32,000 nt of DNA from Synechococcus sp. A15-28 (GTDB lineage Bacteria; Cyanobacteriota; Cyanobacteriia; PCC-6307; Cyanobiaceae): NCBI RefSeq assembly GCF_014280175.1, contig NZ_CP047931.1, positions 1,200,001-1,232,000 of the forward strand. Reading direction: 5' to 3'. Below the pieces are notes generated by a model. It made no database searches, was not told where the DNA came from, and saw only the letters and a program-made list of their open reading frames with translations. The translations under genes were made by a program, and so were the position numbers. Position 1 is the stretch's first letter, and the number at the start of each line of letters is the position of its first letter. This document shows positions 24,775-31,906 of this stretch, one piece after another.

Positions 24775-25234
24775 GAATTGGGATGATCTTTGCCGGGATC
24801 AACGTCAACGACAACAACAAATGCAACTCAGTGATGTTCTCAACACACTGAAAACGTCAGGATTCAACAACAACCGGCATTGGCACCTGCAATCCCGCAG
24901 ACCGAGCATCATCCAGCAGGTCGCTGAGGCAATCCATGCCGAAACAAGCCTGGCCAGCCAGCAGCGTGTTCCACTCCTGCTCAGGGAAATGGGTCTGCAA
25001 CCACAAAGCGCCGTGGACGCTGGCCACGCTCAGACGACCAAGCCCGGGAGCATCAACGTGTTGAACGAGGAGGTCCACAGCTGGTTTCGAACTCAACTGA
25101 TGCCATTACGCCGAACAATCCGGCAAGGTAATGTTCGTGTTGATACAAAAATGCCATCTGCCCCCCGCAATTTCATTGATTGTTTGCGTATGGTTCTATT
25201 TGCTACCGGGATGACGTCGTGTCTGAAGACCTGA
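24752..25234 (+). CDS. hypothetical ORF (160 aa)
   Basis: Lower-GC region with no motif. A competing antisense ORF (24857..25096) has a comparable codon signal. Confidence 0.25.
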   Translation: MIRPAQNKNWDDLCRDQRQRQQQMQLSDVLNTLKTSGFNNNRHWHLQSRRPSIIQQVAEAIHAETSLASQQRVPLLLREMGLQPQSAVDAGHAQTTKPGSINVLNEEVHSWFRTQLMPLRRTIRQGNVRVDTKMPSAPRNFIDCLRMVLFATGMTSCLKT

Positions 25235-25371
25235 TCGCCATCCTGCTGTCGTCCGTTCTGGTGGGTGCAGGGATTGTTGTGGCGCGCTTCTTCCGGGAAG
25301 CGTCGCTCTTGGCTGCGACATTTCTGGTGGGCTTCATTGGCCTGGAGCTGGCGCTGGTGCTGATCAGTTGA
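25180..25371 (+). CDS. small two-TM membrane protein
   Basis: LIAILLSSVLVGAGIVVARFF and LLAATFLVGFIGLELALVLI. GTG 25219 is a likelier start than 25180. Confidence 0.35.
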   Translation: MFAYGSICYRDDVVSEDLIAILLSSVLVGAGIVVARFFREASLLAATFLVGFIGLELALVLIS

Positions 25372-25648
25372 GGCTGTCGCTGCGGTTCCAGCGCATGCCC
25401 AGCCTGAATCGTTGATATCGAATCAAGGCCTCCTCCTGGCTGAGGTGGGGATAAAGATCCGAAGCTTCCTTGAGGGTTGCGGGCTCACTCAACCAATCCT
25501 GTTCCGCAGGGGTCGCCGATCCCGCCGAAGACCTCTGCCAACGCTGGGAACCTGGCAGAAAGCGACGCCAACGATCAAGAAGCTCCAGGGGATGAATCAC
25601 GGTGTTTTCACAGAAAAACTCGTTTCCAGGGGCTGTGCGCTGGCTCAA
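25364..25648 (-). CDS. hypothetical protein (94 aa)
   Basis: An ATG ORF with acceptable codon bias. No motif. Confidence 0.35.
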   Translation of the reverse strand: MSQRTAPGNEFFCENTVIHPLELLDRWRRFLPGSQRWQRSSAGSATPAEQDWLSEPATLKEASDLYPHLSQEEALIRYQRFRLGMRWNRSDSLN

Positions 25649-25680
25649 GCCTGAGCTAGCACCAAGGCAGCAAGAGGTGA

Positions 25681-25860
25681 ATGATGGCCCGATTCGGACT
25701 GAAGATGATCACCGATCACCTGCCACGCATTGGACGGAAGCGCCCTGTTGTGCTTCCAAGCGACGCCACGGAAACCCAGAACATTCCCAAACCGGATTAC
25801 TGGGCGATGGATTGTGCCGCCAACCCCTGGCGCAAGGGATGCCGGACCTACGACAGCTGA
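25681..25860 (+). CDS. CP12-like small protein (59 aa; C-terminal CP12 motif only)
   Basis: Hand-translated: MMARFGLKMITDHLPRIGRKRPVVLPSDATETQNIPKPDYWAMDCAANPWRKGCRTYDS. GAGGTG lies 3 nt upstream of the ATG and GC3 is high. The C-terminus CAANPWRKGCRTYD fits the CP12 C-terminal loop CxxxPxxxxC(R)xYD. Confidence 0.5.
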   Translation: MMARFGLKMITDHLPRIGRKRPVVLPSDATETQNIPKPDYWAMDCAANPWRKGCRTYDS

Positions 25861-25869
25861 GCGCCGAGC

Positions 25870-26733
25870 TCAACAAGCCGGCACTGGATCCAACATTGAA
25901 CGCGTTGTGAGGGAGAAGCCCATCTGGCGCAGCCGCGCATTGGAAACGCGGGCGTTGAACACCCTGGCCCCTGGACGATCATGGTTGTCCCAGATCACCG
26001 GGGGGAGTCCCTCGTCATCACAGAGGGCGTTGGACAGCTCCCGCCGCGACAGTTGAAGGTCATCCACCAGGTTGTAGATCCCCTGAAGTCTGCGTTGCAG
26101 GGCGAATTCCACCCCCCGCACGATGTCGTCCAGGTGCACCCAGGCATTGATGTGGTTGCCGTTCTTGGCCACCTGCTGACCCGCAGCACGTCGGATGTAG
26201 GAGGAGATGTCCTTGCCGGGACCGTAGATGCCCCCCAGCCGCAGAACACAGGTCTGAATCAAGGGGGTGTTCAGCCCCAACACCGCATGTTCCGCCTCAA
26301 CAAGAAGAGCATTAGTGGTGTTGCTGAGGTCCGGTGGTGACAGCTCCGTGGTGATGGCGCCGGACTGATCTCCATAGATCCCCGCACTGCTGAGATAACT
26401 GACATGCAGTGGGCGTGCCCGCGGACGCTCGCGAAGAGCGTTCACGAGAGCATGCACCGCGTCGCCATAGACCGCCCGGTACTGATCCTCCTCGTAACTG
26501 GCTGTGGTCGGAGCCATGGCGATCAACAGACCATCAAGGTCGTCCAGAACACTGAAATCAGCAGAGGGATCACCGCAGCGGAGAATGCGGGGATGATCCA
26601 CCAGGTCGCAGAGTTCGACCAGGCGAGCGGGGCCGGTGGTGGTTCCTGTGAGCTCGACACCCTGGCTGCGCAGGTGGAGCGCAACAGCGGATCCGACATA
26701 CCCACAACCGATAACCCCGAACCGCTTGGCCAT
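25870..26733 (-). CDS. NAD(P)-dependent SDR/epimerase-family oxidoreductase
   Basis: N-terminal Rossmann motif GVIGCGYVGSAV. The length and the pattern SSAGIYG...RLGGIYGPG are typical of extended SDRs. Confidence 0.75.
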   Translation of the reverse strand: MAKRFGVIGCGYVGSAVALHLRSQGVELTGTTTGPARLVELCDLVDHPRILRCGDPSADFSVLDDLDGLLIAMAPTTASYEEDQYRAVYGDAVHALVNALRERPRARPLHVSYLSSAGIYGDQSGAITTELSPPDLSNTTNALLVEAEHAVLGLNTPLIQTCVLRLGGIYGPGKDISSYIRRAAGQQVAKNGNHINAWVHLDDIVRGVEFALQRRLQGIYNLVDDLQLSRRELSNALCDDEGLPPVIWDNHDRPGARVFNARVSNARLRQMGFSLTTRSMLDPVPAC

Positions 26734-26785
26734 AGCGCGTCACGTCACTTCACATAACGTAACCATTCACAGACTGGGTCGGGTC

Positions 26786-27139
26786 TCAGAACAACAGCCG
26801 CAGCACTCCCAGCGTGACCAAGGCAAGGGCGACAGTCATAGCCAGCCCCCCCAGCAGCAGAACAATGCCGGCCACGAAACCGAGGCGCGCAGCAGTCTGG
26901 GGAAACAGGAGATAAAAACTGATTGCAAGGGCCACCGGCCACATCGGTGGCAACAGCAGGCAGAGGGCCGTCAGCAGGGTGAGACGACGGCGTCGACTGA
27001 GGTTCTGCTCCCTCTCCTGTTGAAGCTGCAGCTGTTGACGATCCAGCACGTCCTGCTCTTCGTCGCTGAGCCAGCGCCCCCGATCGCGGGCGGCCTGCAG
27101 GTCCTGCTCCAGATTTTGGGGAGTGGGTCCCTCAGCCAT
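26786..27139 (-). CDS. membrane protein with a charged coiled N-terminus and two TM segments
   Basis: QQLQLQQEREQN followed by LTLLTALCLLLPPMWPVALAISFYLLF and GFVAGIVLLLGGLAMTVALALV. Its ATG overlaps the 3' end of the DUF559 gene by 8 nt. Confidence 0.5.
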   Translation of the reverse strand: MAEGPTPQNLEQDLQAARDRGRWLSDEEQDVLDRQQLQLQQEREQNLSRRRRLTLLTALCLLLPPMWPVALAISFYLLFPQTAARLGFVAGIVLLLGGLAMTVALALVTLGVLRLLF

Positions 27140-27521
27140 TCAGTTGACGGAGCAGCGAACGACGATCCTCCTCCAATTCATCCTGAATCATGAGTGCCAC
27201 CGCCTGCGGATCATCCAAAACCATGTCATGGGTGAAACGAAGCGTGCGCAGATGGCGACTGAGCAAACGGTCACGGTCGTAGTCCTTGTCGCGCCGTTTG
27301 GTTTTGTTGTGGCGAGCCCCGTCGATTTCCACATTGATCAGTCCATGGGGCGAAATCACCAGCAGATCGAGGGTGCGACGGGTTCCTGACGCACCCCCGG
27401 GAATGCAGACGTGCAGCTCAAAGCTGAACAGAAGACCTGCCGCCTCGAGAGCCTCACAAAGACGCACATGACCTTCCGACTGAAGATCGATCCCCTTGAA
27501 CCTGTGCTCCCCCTCGGCCAT
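27132..27521 (-). CDS. DUF559/Vsr-like PD-(D/E)xK endonuclease domain protein
   Basis: Pattern TLDLLV...LINVEIDGARH...DYDRDRLL...LRTLRFTHDMVLDDPQAV as in DUF559 proteins. Confidence 0.6.
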   Translation of the reverse strand: MAEGEHRFKGIDLQSEGHVRLCEALEAAGLLFSFELHVCIPGGASGTRRTLDLLVISPHGLINVEIDGARHNKTKRRDKDYDRDRLLSRHLRTLRFTHDMVLDDPQAVALMIQDELEEDRRSLLRQLNG

Positions 27522-27529
27522 GGAAGGCC

Positions 27530-27691
27530 TCAGCGGTGCACCAGACGTGCATGCAGATCACACACCTTGATGGCCTTGGCAGGGGGTTCCTGACAGAGCG
27601 CACCCAACTCCTGGTTCAGCTGCTGAAACAAGCCGAGCTCCGCTCCTGGCAAGGAGGAGAGCGCACTCATCAAACCGATCATCGCCACCAT
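27530..27691 (-). CDS. mini ORF (53 aa) MVAMIGLMSALSSLPGAELGLFQQLNQELGALCQEPPAKAIKVCDLHARLVHR
   Basis: Hand-translated. It lies in the same frame as, and 39 nt after, the stop of 27731..27916. Confidence 0.3.
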   Translation of the reverse strand: MVAMIGLMSALSSLPGAELGLFQQLNQELGALCQEPPAKAIKVCDLHARLVHR

Positions 27692-27730
27692 CACCACCGC
27701 AACAACCTCCAGTCCAATCTTGAGACAAGA

Positions 27731-27916
27731 TTAAGACTCCAGTGGGCTCTCGTCGTCCTGTGGTCGATCCAGGTCATCCACCTGGACCACCCCTTTCAAG
27801 GTGCCGAGATGGAGCAACAATCCGGAGCGCCAGGCCGACTCAGAATCAATGGCCTCGATGCTCTCGGTGTCGAGCACGCCATGGCGATCAACAATCAGAT
27901 CAAACAACGGAGCCAT
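27731..27916 (-). CDS. small acidic hypothetical protein (61 aa)
   Basis: A track ORF with an ATG start. The overlapping plus-strand 147-aa ORF looks non-coding. Confidence 0.35.
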   Translation of the reverse strand: MAPLFDLIVDRHGVLDTESIEAIDSESAWRSGLLLHLGTLKGVVQVDDLDRPQDDESPLES

Positions 27917-28004
27917 GGTGAGGTCGCGGAGTCTCCCCTATTCAGGCAAGAACACCTGGAACGCACATCCCCCAAATGAGGGATGCTGCGCCGACTGAAT
28001 GGCG

Positions 28005-28118
28005 TCAGGCCTGGGCTGCCAGAACGGACAGTGCGGCCAGTACGCCAACGGCGATCACAACGAACGACAGACCCATCGCGATCTCGTTGCTGCGCTTTCT
28101 GCTCTGATAACTGCGCAT
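28005..28118 (-). CDS. mini membrane peptide (37 aa) MRSYQSRKRSNEIAMGLSFVVIAVGVLAALSVLAAQA
   Basis: Hand-translated, with a basic N-terminus, one TM segment and high GC3. Confidence 0.3.
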   Translation of the reverse strand: MRSYQSRKRSNEIAMGLSFVVIAVGVLAALSVLAAQA

Positions 28119-28175
28119 GGATGGATCGCGAAGGACATCAAACTTAAAGGCGTAGTCACTTCCCAAGCCGCAAAG

Positions 28176-28379
28176 TCAACAGGACTTGATATCGGCGAAA
28201 TCTTTCTTCATCAGCTCTTGATCGTGAGCGGCATCAACCTCGATCCATTGAAGAATCAACCCATGCAGGCAAGCCAGAGCACGCTGCTGCTCAAACGACC
28301 CAGCCGGTGTGTATTTGAAATCCATGAAGATCCGATCGGCCTGCGGACGCTGCTGCAGACAACGCTCCTGGATGGACAT
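28176..28379 (-). CDS. small hypothetical protein (67 aa from MSIQERC)
   Basis: The first ATG of track ORF 28176..28421, sharing one base with the stop of the upstream mini ORF (TGATG). Confidence 0.4.
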   Translation of the reverse strand: MSIQERCLQQRPQADRIFMDFKYTPAGSFEQQRALACLHGLILQWIEVDAAHDQELMKKDFADIKSC

Positions 28380-28480
28380 CAGCTCTGGGGTTGACCGGTT
28401 CCAGCCAGGCGCCAGACCCACAGCACCATGCTGGCCGCTGAAAGGGCACCGAAAATCGTGAGGAGGAGCTGGGTCGTCAT
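28379..28480 (-). CDS. mini membrane peptide (33 aa) MTTQLLLTIFGALSAASMVLWVWRLAGTGQPQS
   Basis: Hand-translated, with one TM segment. Its stop is coupled to the next ATG. Confidence 0.3.
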   Translation of the reverse strand: MTTQLLLTIFGALSAASMVLWVWRLAGTGQPQS

Positions 28481-28694
28481 CAGGAAATAGCGGGCCGATG
28501 GCGCCGCCGAGCTTCGCTTTACAAAACTACATGCCTTTGACGTTTGACGTGGGCGTGCGCATCAACGCGCGGCTGGCGGCAACGCCAGTGATCGATGTGT
28601 CATATTAAGGGGTGTAGCAGGTTCATCAACCTGCGAGCTGAGCAAACCTGATAACGCAGGCGAGCGAGAACCCAATAACTCTGGTTTGAATTCC

Positions 28695-28829
28695 ATGAAG
28701 ACCCATCCCACCGAGCGTGCATCGAACGCGGCTGCGCACACGTCCGCAGTTCAGGAGCGCTCTGAGTCCACGCAGCGCAAAGCCTCCCCTCAGCTGATCA
28801 GCTGGGAGGAGGTGATCGGAGAACGCTGA
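28695..28829 (+). CDS. possible small hydrophilic protein (44 aa)
   Basis: Hand-translated: MKTHPTERASNAAAHTSAVQERSESTQRKASPQLISWEEVIGER. GC3 is high. It contains the 30-nt palindrome, so it may instead be 3'-UTR structure. Confidence 0.2.
   Translation: MKTHPTERASNAAAHTSAVQERSESTQRKASPQLISWEEVIGER
28783..28812. terminator. long near-perfect palindrome, candidate bidirectional terminator downstream of rbp
   Basis: CCTCCCCTCAGCTGATCAGCTGGGAGGAGG pairs at 12 positions with one mismatch and one G-U. In minus sense it is followed only by CTTTG, so the U-tract is weak. Confidence 0.35.
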
Positions 28830-28848
28830 GCGTCAGCCCCGGCTGGGA

Positions 28849-29094
28849 TCAGCGGCGGGGTTCAGCCTGACGAACAGTGATTCCACGCCCCATCCACTCG
28901 ACATCCTGGAGATCGTCGATGGCGGATTTTTCATCCGCAGCGTTAGCAAGGTCGACAAATGCAAAGCCACGCTTTCGGCCGGTTTCCCGATCCAAAGGCA
29001 GGGAACACTTGCTGACCTCGCCGTACTGGCTGAACAGATGAACGAGGTCTTCTCTCTCAGCGTCCCAGGAGAGATTGCCAATGAAAATCGTCAA
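28849..29094 (-). CDS. rbp: RRM-type RNA-binding protein
   Basis: RNP2 IFIGNLSW and RNP1 KRGFAFVDL. There is no in-frame ATG. TTG candidates are at 29094 (giving MTIFIGNL, preferred) and 29106. Confidence 0.85.
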   Translation of the reverse strand: MTIFIGNLSWDAEREDLVHLFSQYGEVSKCSLPLDRETGRKRGFAFVDLANAADEKSAIDDLQDVEWMGRGITVRQAEPRR

Positions 29095-29152
29095 AAAAAG
29101 AGCCAAAACCGGTCTTACTCACCATCGCATACAGCCGTTCAAGACGCGCTGT

Positions 29153-29371
29153 TCAACCAGCAGGCTCCGGCGTCTTTTGCAGTGAGAGAACGAACTTCAG
29201 CAGTGCTGATGCCAGCAGCGCATCCCCTTCGAGCACCAACAGACGATGCACCGTCATCGCCTGCGCCAGGTCAGGCGTCACCGAACCGTTGAGCAAGCCA
29301 CGGGCTTTGCTGCGGGCGACGATGTGTTGGAGCGACATGGTCATGGCTCCAAGCTGGCTCAATTGCGCCAA
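29153..29371 (-). CDS. hypothetical protein (72 aa)
   Basis: ORF only. The segment HRLLVLEGDALLASALLKFVL is faintly reminiscent of the RNase III/mini-III signature helix, but the ORF is far too short for that enzyme. Confidence 0.25.
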   Translation of the reverse strand: MAQLSQLGAMTMSLQHIVARSKARGLLNGSVTPDLAQAMTVHRLLVLEGDALLASALLKFVLSLQKTPEPAG

Positions 29372-29540
29372 AGCCCCTCAGGTCTTCCACTTTGCAGCGG
29401 GATTGCGGGGCGGCTGTCCATCTCACCCGGGAAACGCGCCATCCCCATTGAGACGTTTGGAGGCAATTCGATAGAAGACCTGTTGTTTCGAACCTTTCAC
29501 CCATTCAATTGTTCACGCTGTCAACAACTGCAGCAACGTC

Positions 29541-29735
29541 ATGGGTGGATTGAGTGGCACCAAATCAGACGACTTCATCAATGCCGCCAAAGCACGTGGT
29601 GAAGCCGCCATCCAGGACAACCAACCCAAGCTGACCAAGCTGGAGAAGGCCTTCCGCCATGCCGCCTTGCGGCGACGCGCCCAGGACGCCCGCAGAGCAA
29701 CCGACGATCATCGCGCCAAACCGAAGGCCCATTAA
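29541..29735 (+). CDS. small basic hypothetical protein (64 aa)
   Basis: An ATG ORF encoding a hydrophilic, Lys/Arg-rich product. No motif. Confidence 0.35.
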   Translation: MGGLSGTKSDDFINAAKARGEAAIQDNQPKLTKLEKAFRHAALRRRAQDARRATDDHRAKPKAH

Positions 29736-29825
29736 CAGGTCCATTCAAGATTCGCAAGGCCAGACAGCGATCAGGATAAATCTCGAAACATAGTGTTACG
29801 TTTAATAACTCTGTGTTTCCTGCGG

Positions 29826-30782
29826 ATGTTCACGCTCGAAAAAGCTCGTCAGATCTTCCCGGAAACACTTGCAGCTGGGGCAGTTCCGGCCATTACAGCG
29901 CGCTTCAAGCTGTTGTGCCCGGAGGATCAGTTAGCACTGATCTGGTTTGCCTACCTGGAGATGGGGCAGACCATCACCGTGGCGGCACCGGGTGCGGCCC
30001 GCATGGAGCTTGCACGGCCGACCCTGGATGAAATCCTGGCAATGAGCTTTGACGAGCAGACCAAGGTGATGTGCGACCTGGCTGCCAAAATCAACAGCCC
30101 TGTTTCTGTTCGATACGCCTACTGGTCAGTGAACGTGAAGCTCTGCTTCTGGTATGAGCTGGGAGAGTTCATGCGCCAGGGCAAGGTGGCACCCATTCCT
30201 CAGGGCTACAGGTTGTCCGCCAACGCCAACTCCGTGCTGGAGGCCGTCAAGAAAGTGGAGCAAGGCCAACAGATCACTCTGTTGCGCAACTTCGTGGTCG
30301 ATATGGGCTACGACCCCGATGTGGATGACAGCAAGGTGGTCTCCGAGCCGATCGTGGCACCGACACCGGTTGATCAGCGGGAAGACATTCTGATCCCCGG
30401 CGTGCTGAATCAGACCATCCTTAGTTACATGCAGCTGCTTAATGCCAACGACTTTGATCAGCTGATCGATCTGTTTCTCAATGATGGTGCGCTGCAGCCC
30501 CCCTTCCAACGTCCCATTGTTGGCCGCGAAGCCATCCTGAAATTCTTCAAGCGCGATTGTCAGAACCTGAAGCTGATGCCCCAGGGCGGTTACGGCGAGC
30601 CAACGGAAGGTGGCTTCAACCAGATCAAGGTCACCGGCAAGGTGCAGACCCCTTGGTTCGGTCGGGACGTTGGCATGAACGTGGCCTGGCGTTTCCTGCT
30701 GGATGAGAATGACAAGATCTATTTCGTAGCCATCGACTTACTGGCATCTCCAGCCGAGTTGCTCAAGCTGGGTGGCAAATGA
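29826..30782 (+). CDS. ocp: orange carotenoid protein
   Basis: Collinear by eye with Synechocystis Slr1963 along its full length (EDQLALIWFAYLEMG, QITLLRNFVVDMG, LNANDFDQLIDLF, DGALQPPFQRPIVG, IKVTGKVQTPWFG, NVAWRFLL, FVAIDLLASP). I chose the start at ATG 29826 (MFTLEKARQIFP). Confidence 0.95.
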   Translation: MFTLEKARQIFPETLAAGAVPAITARFKLLCPEDQLALIWFAYLEMGQTITVAAPGAARMELARPTLDEILAMSFDEQTKVMCDLAAKINSPVSVRYAYWSVNVKLCFWYELGEFMRQGKVAPIPQGYRLSANANSVLEAVKKVEQGQQITLLRNFVVDMGYDPDVDDSKVVSEPIVAPTPVDQREDILIPGVLNQTILSYMQLLNANDFDQLIDLFLNDGALQPPFQRPIVGREAILKFFKRDCQNLKLMPQGGYGEPTEGGFNQIKVTGKVQTPWFGRDVGMNVAWRFLLDENDKIYFVAIDLLASPAELLKLGGK

Positions 30783-31503
30783 GTTCAGCCCCCAGGCTCG
30801 CAAAGGGTTGGTTCTGGCTGGTCTGATTGGATCAGCCTGGCTGCTCACCCTTGGCCTGGGCTTCAGCCTGCCGCTCCATCAGACCTCTTGGCTGCTGATT
30901 GGCTGCTTGGTTCTGCTGAGGTCGTTTCTGCATACCGGGCTGTTCATCGTTGCCCACGACGCCATGCACGCCAGTCTCGTTCCGGATCATCCCGGTTTGA
31001 ACCGCTGGATCGGCAGGGTTTGTTTATTGATGTATGCGGGCTTGTCTTATAAGCGATGTTGCCGCAACCACAGGCGTCATCACCAGGCACCAGAAACGGT
31101 TGAGGATCCTGACTACCAACGGTGCACGAACAACAACATCCTGGATTGGTATGTTCACTTCATGAGCAACTATCTGGGCTGGCAACAACTTTTGAATTTA
31201 AGTTGTGTTTGGCTGGCGCTTACCTTCAGAGTATCTGATTACTCTGCGCAGTTCTTCCATCTGTTGTTGTTCAGTGTTCTGCCACTTATTGTCAGTTCTT
31301 GTCAATTGTTCCTGGTGGGAACCTGGTTACCCCATCGACGTGGAGCCACGACACGACCGGGCGTTACAACACGCAGCCTAAATTTACATCCAGCACTCTC
31401 TTTCGCAGCTTGTTACCACTTTGGCTATCATCGCGAGCATCACGAATCGCCTTCCACACCCTGGTTTCAGCTGCCAAAACTTCGAGAAGGATCATTGATT
31501 TGA
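30772..31503 (+). CDS. crtW: beta-carotene ketolase (CrtW type)
   Basis: Membrane di-iron desaturase His boxes HDAMH, HRRHH and HREHH in the CrtW arrangement. A GTG start overlaps the ocp 3' end by 11 nt. Confidence 0.85.
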   Translation: MANEFSPQARKGLVLAGLIGSAWLLTLGLGFSLPLHQTSWLLIGCLVLLRSFLHTGLFIVAHDAMHASLVPDHPGLNRWIGRVCLLMYAGLSYKRCCRNHRRHHQAPETVEDPDYQRCTNNNILDWYVHFMSNYLGWQQLLNLSCVWLALTFRVSDYSAQFFHLLLFSVLPLIVSSCQLFLVGTWLPHRRGATTRPGVTTRSLNLHPALSFAACYHFGYHREHHESPSTPWFQLPKLREGSLI

Positions 31504-31548
31504 TTTTTTCCGATCAAGGCTGATTTCCTTAACACTACTTTTCCTTTC

Positions 31549-31869
31549 ATGTCGGCAACAGACTGGACATCCGAAGAACAGGCTGTTGCCCGCACTGCTT
31601 TCGAGCTCGGCAAACAGCGTTCCATCACTGCTTTGATTACAACTCTGCAGGAGCAGTCCAGAAAGCTTGATACTCCGGAATCGATCTGGAAGCTGCATGA
31701 CCACCTCAGCACTGAGCGCTATTTGTTTGAAGGACGCGCTGAGTTTGACAAAAGCAACGTGTTATTCGTGTTGGCCGACATGATTAAACAACGTCTGATC
31801 ACGATGGACGATCTGCAGGGATTGGATCAAACCAAAGTGAGCAAAGTGAAAGCAATGTCGATGTTCTAG
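31549..31869 (+). CDS. frp: fluorescence recovery protein
   Basis: 106 aa. It aligns by eye to Synechocystis Slr1964 (WKLHDHLS..., FVLADMIKQRL, KVSKVKAM) and sits downstream of ocp. Confidence 0.85.
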   Translation: MSATDWTSEEQAVARTAFELGKQRSITALITTLQEQSRKLDTPESIWKLHDHLSTERYLFEGRAEFDKSNVLFVLADMIKQRLITMDDLQGLDQTKVSKVKAMSMF

Positions 31870-31906
31870 ATGCACCCAAACGTGGTGTCAGAACCGCCGC
31901 GCGATT

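Noticed and set aside
27536-28394. Plus-strand track ORFs 27536..27979 and 27999..28394
   Set aside because: Their composition and codon bias are poor, and the minus strand holds a more coherent series of coupled small ORFs.
29793-29825. GTG-initiated 11-codon extension of ocp
   Set aside because: Alignment by eye to Synechocystis OCP places the N-terminus at MFTLEKARQIFP (ATG 29826). The extension (LRLITLCFLR) has no counterpart.
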